Below are positions 1-8,997 of a DNA stretch of 64,000 nt, one piece after another (position 1 is the stretch's first letter; each line of letters begins with the position of its first letter). Origin of the DNA: an uncultured Ignavibacteria bacterium (lineage in GTDB: Bacteria > Zixibacteria > MSB-5A5 > JAABVY01); the NCBI GenBank assembly GCA_964627935.1, contig CAZVLB010000004.1:153842-217841 (forward strand), written 5' to 3'. Both the position numbers and the translations under genes were made by a program. Below the pieces are notes generated by a model. That model did not search any database. It was given only the letters and a program-made list of their open reading frames with translations, and was not told the DNA's origin.

Positions 1-61
1 CGGGCTTTTGCGATAGCGTTCAAGGCGCAGTTGATCGGGGATTGTGATCGTACGGGTGATA

Positions 62-1150
62 CTAATCTTCTGCATATTCCAGCAACTCCCGGCACTTTGC
101 GGAGGCATATTCAAAATCGACTCCGCCGCCGATTTCATAAGTTCTTACATCCGAAAGCATCTCAAGATATGCTGCCGGAGAAAGCTCCGATTTGTCCAGA
201 CATTCGCCATCTTCATAGAATAATCCGGGCGATTTCATAACCGCATCCAGAAGATCGAGCCGTGCTTTCAGATCGACTTGCCTGATCACCGACGGCCCGG
301 CATTCAGCTGCCAGTTCAATATCACAAAACAGTCGATTCTGCTCTGCAGGCTATAACGTTCCGGACCAAACAGCTTATCGATCAATGCATCGTACTTTTG
401 CTCAAGCTCCCAGAGCTCCTTTTGCGGCAATTCCCGGGCCTGATCAAGCTCATCCTCGGGCATTATTTCATGCAGCTTGCGGTTGTTGATTATCGTGCCC
501 GGATTGATACGCGGGTGTTTCGCCACGCCGTACATCATTGTCGAGGCATGTTCTTGTCTGATCAGCAGACGGTCATTGCTTACAAATGTCAGGCCGTCGG
601 TTACCAGCCTGATCGCCAGAGTCGATTTGCCCATACCGGAAAAGCCGGCCAGGCCGAGGCCGTGACGGCCGTCATTGACGCCCGCGGCATGACACAGCAG
701 GCATCCGCGGTTAAGCATCCACTGGATATAACGGTTATTTATAAAATTCACCACCTGGTTGATATTGTTTTCGCAGGGCCCAATGCCCACATTGGTTCCC
801 TCGCCAAACATAAATGTCATTCCTGTCAGACGCTTGCGCACAATCCTGCCGTTTTGCAGGTTGACAAATTCTTCCTTGATTTTGGTCTTACCCGGATCGG
901 GAGATTTGATTGTGAAGTCAAAATCGAAAGCGGGAGGATCGGCCTGATAAGCGTATATCTCGATGTCGAAATTTTCGGTATCCTGCTTGAAAATTCGGAA
1001 ATACTGATTCAGCTCATCTTCAACTTTGGACGAATTTGTTTTGACCCTGATACGGCAATCACCGAATTTGAGACCGATTTGATATCGGGCTTCAAGCGAG
1101 GAGGCGACATCTCGTTTGACATCATCGAGGCTGACCTGATAATCGCTCAC
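62..1150 (-). CDS. HprK-related serine kinase-like P-loop protein (GAK/HprK-rel-B-like)
   Basis: 362-aa ORF with Walker A 'GFSGMGKSTLA' followed by 'VSNDRLLI', resembling the HPr kinase C-terminal catalytic domain. N-terminal region unrelated to HprK. Adjacent to an ATP-grasp gene with a 4-bp start/stop overlap. Confidence 0.55.
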   Translation of the reverse strand: MSDYQVSLDDVKRDVASSLEARYQIGLKFGDCRIRVKTNSSKVEDELNQYFRIFKQDTENFDIEIYAYQADPPAFDFDFTIKSPDPGKTKIKEEFVNLQNGRIVRKRLTGMTFMFGEGTNVGIGPCENNINQVVNFINNRYIQWMLNRGCLLCHAAGVNDGRHGLGLAGFSGMGKSTLAIRLVTDGLTFVSNDRLLIRQEHASTMMYGVAKHPRINPGTIINNRKLHEIMPEDELDQARELPQKELWELEQKYDALIDKLFGPERYSLQSRIDCFVILNWQLNAGPSVIRQVDLKARLDLLDAVMKSPGLFYEDGECLDKSELSPAAYLEMLSDVRTYEIGGGVDFEYASAKCRELLEYAED

Positions 1151-2040
1151 CTGTCAAGCGCCTCCAGCACATAATTGCAATACAGATCGGCGGCTTCGAT
1201 ATTATTGGCCTCCAGAAGGCCCCTGAATCCACCAAAGGCCGATACTTCGAAAATCATCGGGCCATCGGGAGTCTCGGCTAAATCGACACAGGTGAAATCC
1301 AGGCCGAACAATTGCTGGGCCTTGTGAGCCAATTCGATTATCTCAGGGTCAGGCTCATAGGACTGGTATTTGCCGCCAGATTGGGTGGTTGTATTCCAGG
1401 CATCATCGGCGATGACACGCGCATAGGTTGCCAGGTATTTACCGCCCAGGAATACTATTCCAAGATCTTTGCCGGGTAGTTCAATTTTTTTCTGTATATA
1501 CATCAGTGGATTGCCCTCATCACGAAATTCTCTGATTGAATCCCTGAGGCCGTTTTCGGCCCGCAGGAGCTTCATGCCTCGCGCTTTGGATGTATACAGG
1601 GGTTTCAGAACGGCTTCGCCGAAACGTTCAATGACCAAAACCGCCTCATCGACATTTTCGGTAATCACAGTGGGGGGCATGGGAATACCGCCCAGACGAA
1701 GAGTCGCTGTGCAACTAAGCCGATCGATTGCGCGGTAAATCTTTTCCGGGTCGGAGAAAATGCGCAGGCCCCGGGCCTTTAAAAAACGCAGTATTTCCAG
1801 TCGATCGAGCACATAGGGCGAGTATTTGGAACTGATTTTCTTGACTATCAGGCCATCCAACGCGGACAAATCGAAACCATTCTTACGCACGCATCCGGAA
1901 TGCAGATCGAGTATGATCTGGTTCATGTCGATCAGGATCCGTTCTCCAGTCATTTTTTTGACCGCATCAGCAAGGCGTTCCGAGGACCATCCGCCGGATA
2001 CTCCCACAACGCCGATTTTGTATTTCTTCCCTGAATTCAT
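1147..2040 (-). CDS. ATP-grasp enzyme (RimK/GAK-system ATP-grasp-like)
   Basis: 297-aa ORF with an N-terminal Rossmann-like 'KIGVVGVSGGWSSERL'. Central and C-terminal ATP-grasp fold signatures are present (…KPLYTSKARGMKLL…, …FEVSAFGGFRGL…). Co-directional with and overlapping the upstream kinase-like gene. Confidence 0.6.
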   Translation of the reverse strand: MNSGKKYKIGVVGVSGGWSSERLADAVKKMTGERILIDMNQIILDLHSGCVRKNGFDLSALDGLIVKKISSKYSPYVLDRLEILRFLKARGLRIFSDPEKIYRAIDRLSCTATLRLGGIPMPPTVITENVDEAVLVIERFGEAVLKPLYTSKARGMKLLRAENGLRDSIREFRDEGNPLMYIQKKIELPGKDLGIVFLGGKYLATYARVIADDAWNTTTQSGGKYQSYEPDPEIIELAHKAQQLFGLDFTCVDLAETPDGPMIFEVSAFGGFRGLLEANNIEAADLYCNYVLEALDR

Positions 2041-2057
2041 AGTAGTCTATTCCCGGA

Positions 2058-3698
2058 TTAGTTGACCAAGGTTTGCTTGGGAAGAGTGAATTCCTCCCAC
2101 GGTTTGCCCTCGTGGGCGAGCATTTTTTCGATCAGGAAGACCGCCCGCAGATACATCGACTTGGCAAATTCTTCCTTCAACTCGAAACGAGTGGAACTTG
2201 TGAAGGACCTGATCAGGCCCAATGTCAGGCGGGCCTCAAATGTGCTGTCATTTTTCGATTGCGCGAAATCATTGGCGAAATTGAAAAAGTTGTGAATGGC
2301 CCAGTCCAGCTGATTGCGCACCCGTGGATCGCCTATGGGTATACGGAAGGCCGAGACTATAAAGACCGAGACATCCTGAACATAGTCCTGCTCACGGGAG
2401 CGGTGCAGGTCGATGAAGTGGATTCTTCTCTCGCCACGGTTGTATATGATGTTGTCGATATTGAAATCGCCATGGATCAGCACTGTAAATGGCGCAAACA
2501 GGCTGTCGTCAATTTTGGAGATACCTTCCAGAAGATCGTTGTATGATGGTGTTTCCAGTGATCCGATTTGCTTGTCCTGGAATGTGTAATTGGGATGCAC
2601 CCGATGGACCTCTTCGATTCTTTCCAGGAGTTGATCGGAAAGCCCGGCATTGACCCGTTGATCTTTCTCGGTACGGCTCCAGATATCCAGCAGAGTATTT
2701 TTTACCAGCCCGAGCGCATCCTCCATTGCTTTACGATCATCCCCCAGGAGCAGTTCCTCGAGGGTTGCGCCGGCCAGGTATTCCAGAAGCAGAGAACCGT
2801 TCTGGCCATTCTCCTGGAATCCAAAAACACGCGGTGTCAGCCCGGGCGAGATGCGCTGCCATCTTTCGATATTCTCCTTTTCGCTCCTGAGCTTGCTGAC
2901 TCGCCCTTCTTTGAAGATGGCCGAGGTTGACAGGCTGCCGCTTTTTTTATTGCGAATTCTGGCTATGCGGCATCCGGACCTGGTTTCCCAGATCGACTCA
3001 AAAGCGAAATCGGAGATAGGCGCATCGATATCCATGCGCTGCAATGTCTGCTTGAGGGCCTGATATTGATGAATCTTCAGTTTTTCACCCACCGCGGCCG
3101 AGATTATAGATTCGCCTATATTCTGAAGGCAGTCACCGACACGTTCCAGGTAGCGGAAAATAAAAGTCGTGGTCAGAAGTTCGCCGATATTTTTGCCTTC
3201 CTGCAGTTGTCCCAGAATTTTTGTGAAGACATCGCGATAGATCTCATCCAGGCGGTATTCCGCCCGGCAGATTTCCACCGCCATATCCAGGTCGCGGGAA
3301 AATGTCGCCTCATAGATTTTATTCAGGGCATCTTCTATTTCATTGAAGCAGATTTCTGTCGGATAGCGGTTGATGAATGCTTTATCCTGATAATGCCCTG
3401 TCTGACTGACTATATTTACGAAGTAGTCGGCAATTCGCTCGAGATTGGAGGTGATATTTATAACCGCCTTCATCAGGTCAACCGTTTCCTTGTCCTCCTG
3501 GCTGACATGATAAATCTGCGAAAAGCACTTATTTTCGATTACCCCCTTTAAATTATCTATATAATCGTCGCGGGAATTAATCTTTTCGATAGATACCGCC
3601 CCGGCCTGGTTGATCAGTTTGCGGGTGCTCTGAAGCTGCGAGCGGACCTCGATAACCAGGAATCTGAGATTTTCGTCGATTTCCTTCCGAAAAGGCAA
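2058..3698 (-). CDS. PhoU-domain / aminoglycoside-phosphotransferase-like kinase fusion protein
   Basis: 546 aa. The N-terminal half has two PhoU-like helices ('LERIADYFVNIV', 'LERVGDCLQNIGE'). The C-terminal half has a protein-kinase/APH-type catalytic loop 'LIHGDFNIDNIIY' and a downstream 'IDLHRS'. Confidence 0.5.
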   Translation of the reverse strand: MPFRKEIDENLRFLVIEVRSQLQSTRKLINQAGAVSIEKINSRDDYIDNLKGVIENKCFSQIYHVSQEDKETVDLMKAVINITSNLERIADYFVNIVSQTGHYQDKAFINRYPTEICFNEIEDALNKIYEATFSRDLDMAVEICRAEYRLDEIYRDVFTKILGQLQEGKNIGELLTTTFIFRYLERVGDCLQNIGESIISAAVGEKLKIHQYQALKQTLQRMDIDAPISDFAFESIWETRSGCRIARIRNKKSGSLSTSAIFKEGRVSKLRSEKENIERWQRISPGLTPRVFGFQENGQNGSLLLEYLAGATLEELLLGDDRKAMEDALGLVKNTLLDIWSRTEKDQRVNAGLSDQLLERIEEVHRVHPNYTFQDKQIGSLETPSYNDLLEGISKIDDSLFAPFTVLIHGDFNIDNIIYNRGERRIHFIDLHRSREQDYVQDVSVFIVSAFRIPIGDPRVRNQLDWAIHNFFNFANDFAQSKNDSTFEARLTLGLIRSFTSSTRFELKEEFAKSMYLRAVFLIEKMLAHEGKPWEEFTLPKQTLVN

Positions 3699-3701
3699 GA
3701 A

Positions 3702-3989
3702 CTACTCACTCCTCTTTGGCTCGATTATGAGCGGGCGGGACTCTTCCTCGGAAAGGTCAGGTTTCTCTTTCCAGCTGATTTTGACACTCAGCTTGATTTT
3801 GCCATCTTTTCGGCGGGCCTTGAGATCAAGCTTGAGCATACCCCAGGGTTCCAGGACGATATCATTGCCGTTATTGCCGAGAACCAGATGCCCGTTCTGG
3901 AAACCCTCGCTGATGGCATTGATATACCTTACGATTGTTTCGCAATCCTGAAGAGACTCATGCCTGAAATCATCAATTTCTTCTGCCAT
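3702..3989 (-). CDS. small amphi-Trp-like domain protein
   Basis: 95-aa acidic/basic ORF. It has an alternating K/L/D beta-strand pattern and Trp residues near the C-terminal end ('EPWGMLKLDLKARRKDGKIKLSVKISWKEK'). It lies 3 bp downstream of the PhoU-kinase gene on the same strand. Confidence 0.4.
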   Translation of the reverse strand: MAEEIDDFRHESLQDCETIVRYINAISEGFQNGHLVLGNNGNDIVLEPWGMLKLDLKARRKDGKIKLSVKISWKEKPDLSEEESRPLIIEPKRSE

Positions 3990-4019
3990 TGTGTAGCACC
4001 TCCGGTGCCGCGCTTAAGA

Positions 4020-5180
4020 TTATTGCAATCTCTCTTTGTATTCGTTTATAACCGTCCGGCGGTCAATATCTCCCAGAATCAGACTTTTGCGAATTGCCGG
4101 ATCATCCCAGGGCGGCTGATAGCCGATCTGGCGGCTGGCCTTGTCAAAATCCTGGAAACGCGGTTCCTTGACCTTCTCGCCCATATGACAATCATCGCCC
4201 ATGAAAACCAGTATTCGTCTTTTATGGCCGCTCTGGCTGTTTTTGCGATGCACCACATCAATCAGGAACTTGGTATACTCCTGTGACTGCGGATTCCAGA
4301 CCTCATAGCCGTCAACATCATAATCCGCCAGTAGAATCGGCCAGAACTGTTCGGGATGCGGGATTACTATACCTCCGCCCAGTGAACGAATTTCCTCGAT
4401 CATCTCCGGCGTCTCGTAAAAATGTTTGAGCGAAAAATTGGCCTTGACGATCTTCTTTATAGCTTTCAGGAATATCTGCGCCCGGTTTATGAAATGTTCC
4501 TCGAAATGATCCCGCATCAGGTCGAGATAGTACTTGAGCAGCTTGTTTCTGATCATCTCCGGCGGTGTCTCTGAAAAATTCATCTCCAGGAGCTTTTTGA
4601 CCTTGGCGGTGCAGGCCCGGATAAAGCTGACCATTTCTGAATCCGCGCCGGTTTTTGCGGCCGCTCGGCTGAGCCTGTCCTCATATTTAATCTCGAGTAT
4701 CGTATCTATAAATTCATACAGCTGACCAGTGCGGTATTTGAAAGTATGCGAAAGCATATTCTTGAATACCGTGGCATCGGTCACCTTGTCCTCCTCGAAA
4801 TGCACCAGCAGCTGTACCTTGCGGTTGAACTCCCTTGAATAGCAATCGACCTCAACACCGGTATAGCCCTTGTGAGTCATGAGCACATTATGCTGTGTTG
4901 GGATCAGGAGCTCCAGGTCACTATTGGGGAACATCCTTTCCACACGCCTGGAGATTACCGGCATGGGTATGAATTCCGGGTGCCAGTGTACCGCCAGCAC
5001 GCTGTCCTGACGATAATGAACCTCCTCCGGGTTTTCGAGCATATGACGCATCTCATCGCTCAACTCAACCGTGACGAGCTTCCGGTATAGTTCCTGGTCA
5101 TACTCGGTAATTTCGGGAGCCAGCAAATCTGACGACAATCCTTCCGAGACCGATACTTTCTGCAAATTTCCTGATTTCAT
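4020..5180 (-). CDS. conserved hypothetical protein with DDCH motif (XXXCH-domain-like)
   Basis: 386-aa ORF with no recognisable catalytic domain apart from the C-terminal 'VFMGDDCHMGEK'. Same strand and cluster as the kinase/ATP-grasp genes. Confidence 0.4.
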   Translation of the reverse strand: MKSGNLQKVSVSEGLSSDLLAPEITEYDQELYRKLVTVELSDEMRHMLENPEEVHYRQDSVLAVHWHPEFIPMPVISRRVERMFPNSDLELLIPTQHNVLMTHKGYTGVEVDCYSREFNRKVQLLVHFEEDKVTDATVFKNMLSHTFKYRTGQLYEFIDTILEIKYEDRLSRAAAKTGADSEMVSFIRACTAKVKKLLEMNFSETPPEMIRNKLLKYYLDLMRDHFEEHFINRAQIFLKAIKKIVKANFSLKHFYETPEMIEEIRSLGGGIVIPHPEQFWPILLADYDVDGYEVWNPQSQEYTKFLIDVVHRKNSQSGHKRRILVFMGDDCHMGEKVKEPRFQDFDKASRQIGYQPPWDDPAIRKSLILGDIDRRTVINEYKERLQ

Positions 5181-5604
5181 AGGTTATGATCCACAAGGCA
5201 AATGACGCCTCAAAAATAACTTAATGGCCCGATTTTGTCAACATTAGCCCATGTTAGGATTTTGTTAGCGCCAGTTTGCCCGCCTTTTAAAGGTTTCCGG
5301 TTTTCGTTGGGTAAAACAATCCCAATCAGGCATGGTGCCCGAATTGCTTTAATTATCGGAATTTAACGGCTAATTTTGACAATTCCACTCTTTTATTGGG
5401 CGTTAAAAACTTCTATCCAGAGATCCTGCGGCTAATGAACATTGCGATTTAATCCGATCATATATATGTTAAATAAGAGTTAAAATATTTTCGCAACAAT
5501 GTCCGTACAACATTAGACAAGCAAAAAAGGGGTGCAAAAAAGCGGCTGTAACGGTTGCGGAGGATAGATTTATTAAAAGTCTAAGGCTTCACATAAATTG
5601 GATA

Positions 5605-8600
5605 TTGATGTTTCTGCTTACGGTGTTCCTGTCTCTTTGCATAAATCTTGCGGGCCAGATACCCGGAGAAGGGAAGCCGCTTAAAAATGTCCTTGTGATT
5701 CAGTCCTACAGCCACGGCTTTTCATGGACTGTCAATATAGATGAAGGAATCAGAGAGGGACTTCTCAGTGCCCCGGATTTCAATTTCGAAATCGATCATG
5801 AATTTTTGAATTCAAACCGCAGCCTCGATCCGCAGCACCTTGATCTTCTAAAAGATATTATGTCGCTCCGTTATTCGGCCGACCCTCCGGACTTACTGAT
5901 TATCTGCGATGATGTGGCCCTGCAGTTTATCCTCAATCACAGGCCATCTATTTTTGACAGCACCCCAATGGTATTTTGCGGGATCAATGACTATGATCCG
6001 CAGGTGTTGGAAAGCGGACTGAAAATAACCGGCGTTCTGCAAACCGAGGACCTGGCCGGGACCCTCGAACTGGCGCTTGGAATTCACAGAAATGTAAGCA
6101 AAGTTGCTGTGATTTCGGACCAGACAATGACCGGGCGGGCCCTGGAAAGGACCGCTCGTGAGCAGTTTGCTCAATTCAGTGACAGGCTTGAATTTGATTA
6201 TCTCTCTGATGTGGACTGGAACACCCTGCTGGGATATCTATCTGATCTGGATCAGAACAGCATCGTATTTTACCTGCTGTTTACCCGTGATGCCAATGGA
6301 CGTTCATTTTTATTTCAGAATGCGGTCCCGGCTATGTCCGGGATCTCGCCTGTGCCGGTCTACAGTCACCTGGGGAGCCTTGTCGGTATGGGAGTTGTGG
6401 GCGGATACATGGTCAGCGGGGAAGACCAGGGCAGGGCCGCAGCTGATATGGCTTTGAAGATATTTCGGGGAGAGGCAGCGGATCAGATTCGGGTACAGCC
6501 CGGCACCGTACATAGATACCTTTTCGATTATGATCAGATACAGAGATTTGATATTGAACAATTGACCCTGCCGGCCACGGCACAAATTGAGAACCGTCCG
6601 GAATCCTTTATAAGCAAAAACCGCTGGCCGTTGCTTCTGGCCGTTATGGTCATAATACTTCTGTTGCTCATCGTCCTGATACTTTCCAATACAATTATCA
6701 GCCGAAGAAAAGCCGACCGGGCCCTGCGCGAAAGTGAGGAAAGGCTGAATCTAAGCCTGGATGCTGCCAGTGATGGCGTCTGGGACTGGGATATCAAGAC
6801 TGATCATGTATACAGGAGCCCATCATGGTACGATATTCTCGGTTATGACCGGGTCAGGATCGATAATAATTTTGAAGTTCTGATGGACCTGATTCACGCG
6901 GATGACAAGGCCGGCATGCAGGCAGAGCTTAAAAGGCATTTTGCCGGCGAGACAGAAATCTTCCGGCGCGAATACAGATTGCGAAAATCTTCAGGAGAAT
7001 ATATCTGGATTCTCGGGCGGGGCAAAGTTGTCAGGCGCGATAATGATGGCAAGCCACTTCGTATGGTAGGTACCATAGCTGATATTACCTATCATAAAAA
7101 AATCGAACAGGAACTTCTCGACAGCGAGGAAACTTACCGCAACCTGTTCCATAATGCCCAGGTAGGGTTGTTCCGTACTCGAATATCGGATGGCAAGATC
7201 CTGGAATGCAATGATCAGCTGGCACGCATGTTCGGCTTTGATGGCCGGCAGGAAGCCATACAAAAATATATGACCAGCGGCAATTATATCGACCCGGACG
7301 CACGCAAGATGATGCTGGATATCCTTTCTAAATATGGAGAGGTGAAGAATTTTGAGGCGGAATTCCGTACTAAAGATGGCAGCACAGTGTGGATGCGCTA
7401 TTCTGCAAAAATATATGCTTCCAAAGGCTGGATCGAGGGGGTGGCCGAGGATATAACCGATCAGAAAAAAATTGAACAGAAGCTTAAGAAAAGCGAAAAA
7501 CGTTTCAAAGACCTAGCCAACCTGCTGCCCCAGACGATTTTTGAAATCGACGCTGAAGGGAAATTCACTTTTGTTAACAGTTCAGGCCTGAAGTTCAGCG
7601 GTTATGATATCAAGGACATAAAACAAGGGGTAACGATTTTTGATGTCCTGAAGGTTGATGATATCGAGCGTGTCCGCAAAAATTTCATGGCCAGTATGAA
7701 GGGCCAACCATCCAGCAACAGCGAGTACAGGCTCCAGAAAAAAGACGGTAGCATAGCAATCGTATCCATTTATACCAGCCCGATTCTTCAGGATGGCAAA
7801 CCTGTCGGCCTGCGCGGTATCGTGATCGACCTGACCGAGAAAAAGCGCCTGCAGGAATTTGCCGCCCGGGCTCAACGGCTGGAGACGGCAGGACGAATTG
7901 CCGGGCAGGTGGCGCATGATTTCAATAATCTGCTGGGACCCCTGGTAGCTTATCCCGATCTTATTATTGATGATCTGCCCCGTGATAACCCGGCCATAAA
8001 ATTCCTGAATGACATGAAAAAAGCGGCCGAACAGATATCCGAAATAAACCAGGAATTGCTGACACTGGGACGCAGAGGGCATTATAATCAGGAACCTGTC
8101 AACCTCAATGAAGTCGTCGAGCAGGTTTTAAGCAGAATCAGCCCATGCCCGGACTCACTGGTTATCGAAAAGGACCTCACTCCCGATTTGATGAATATCA
8201 TGGGCGGTTCCTCGCAGATTTTCAGATCGATATATAATCTGGTGGGCAATGCCCGCGATGCCATGCAGGACATTGGTACATTGACAATCAAAACCCGAAA
8301 CTACTATGTGGATGAAGAGACATACAGGTATGGCCGGATCCCGCAGGGCGAATATGTCAAGCTTAGCATCTCCGATACGGGAGCAGGTATCGACCCGGAT
8401 CATCTGAGCAGAATCTTTGATCCGTTCTTTACAACCAAGAAAGCGGGACGGAAAAAAGGCACCGGCCTGGGACTTAGCGTGGTGCATGCCGTCATGGAGG
8501 ATCACAACGGTTATATAGATTGTGAAAGCAAACCCGGCGAGGGTACCAGCATGTACCTGTATTTTCCGATTTCTCGAGATACTATCAGAAGTGAAGATAT

Positions 8601-8997
8601 AACCCAGATCTCCGGCGGTGATGAATCGATCCTTGTGGTTGATGATGATGCAACGCAACGGGATGTTACTCGTTTATTGCTCGAAAAACTCGGCTATAAA
8701 ACAGCCTCGGCCGAGAGCGGTGAAGAAGCGCTTGAGATTCTAAAGCAGAAAAATTTTGATCTGTTGATTCTTGATATGGTAATGCCGGGTGGTATGGATG
8801 GTACCGAGACTTACAGAAAGGCGCTTGAGATTGACCCTTCCCAGAGAGCATTGATAGTATCAGGATTCGCCGAAACCGATCGCGTTGCCGAGGCCCATGA
8901 TCTGGGAGTGGGCGCATTCCTGAAAAAACCGCTGACCCTGAAGCTGATTGCGGCCGCGGTTCGTCGTGAACTGGACAAGGTGACTCAATTGTCCTGA
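5605..8997 (+). CDS. hybrid sensor histidine kinase/response regulator (periplasmic sensor, multi-PAS, HisKA, HATPase, REC)
   Basis: 1130 aa. Signal/TM at the N-terminus, a roughly 300-aa periplasmic domain, and a second TM ('WPLLLAVMVIILLLLIVLIL'). At least three PAS repeats follow ('WDWDIKTDHVYRS…', 'FRTRISDGKILECN…'). HisKA is 'HDFNNLLGP', the HATPase has 'GTGLGLSVV', and the C-terminal receiver is 'ILVVDDDATQRD…DLLILDMVMPG'. Confidence 0.85.
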   Translation: MMFLLTVFLSLCINLAGQIPGEGKPLKNVLVIQSYSHGFSWTVNIDEGIREGLLSAPDFNFEIDHEFLNSNRSLDPQHLDLLKDIMSLRYSADPPDLLIICDDVALQFILNHRPSIFDSTPMVFCGINDYDPQVLESGLKITGVLQTEDLAGTLELALGIHRNVSKVAVISDQTMTGRALERTAREQFAQFSDRLEFDYLSDVDWNTLLGYLSDLDQNSIVFYLLFTRDANGRSFLFQNAVPAMSGISPVPVYSHLGSLVGMGVVGGYMVSGEDQGRAAADMALKIFRGEAADQIRVQPGTVHRYLFDYDQIQRFDIEQLTLPATAQIENRPESFISKNRWPLLLAVMVIILLLLIVLILSNTIISRRKADRALRESEERLNLSLDAASDGVWDWDIKTDHVYRSPSWYDILGYDRVRIDNNFEVLMDLIHADDKAGMQAELKRHFAGETEIFRREYRLRKSSGEYIWILGRGKVVRRDNDGKPLRMVGTIADITYHKKIEQELLDSEETYRNLFHNAQVGLFRTRISDGKILECNDQLARMFGFDGRQEAIQKYMTSGNYIDPDARKMMLDILSKYGEVKNFEAEFRTKDGSTVWMRYSAKIYASKGWIEGVAEDITDQKKIEQKLKKSEKRFKDLANLLPQTIFEIDAEGKFTFVNSSGLKFSGYDIKDIKQGVTIFDVLKVDDIERVRKNFMASMKGQPSSNSEYRLQKKDGSIAIVSIYTSPILQDGKPVGLRGIVIDLTEKKRLQEFAARAQRLETAGRIAGQVAHDFNNLLGPLVAYPDLIIDDLPRDNPAIKFLNDMKKAAEQISEINQELLTLGRRGHYNQEPVNLNEVVEQVLSRISPCPDSLVIEKDLTPDLMNIMGGSSQIFRSIYNLVGNARDAMQDIGTLTIKTRNYYVDEETYRYGRIPQGEYVKLSISDTGAGIDPDHLSRIFDPFFTTKKAGRKKGTGLGLSVVHAVMEDHNGYIDCESKPGEGTSMYLYFPISRDTIRSEDITQISGGDESILVVDDDATQRDVTRLLLEKLGYKTASAESGEEALEILKQKNFDLLILDMVMPGGMDGTETYRKALEIDPSQRALIVSGFAETDRVAEAHDLGVGAFLKKPLTLKLIAAAVRRELDKVTQLS

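Noticed and set aside
278-1174. Long + strand ORFs (278..1174, 2073..2546, 3066..3551, 12288..12761, 36409..36987, 38371..38703 etc.) overlapping minus-strand genes
   Set aside because: These are shadow ORFs antisense to genes with clear domain content. They show low-complexity or proline/arginine-rich translations with no motifs.
5236-5519. Repeated 'caacattag' motif (5240-5248, 5505-5513) in the 424-bp intergenic region upstream of the 1130-aa kinase
   Set aside because: A 9-bp exact repeat twice in an AT-rich region is within chance expectation, and I saw no dyad symmetry or further copies.
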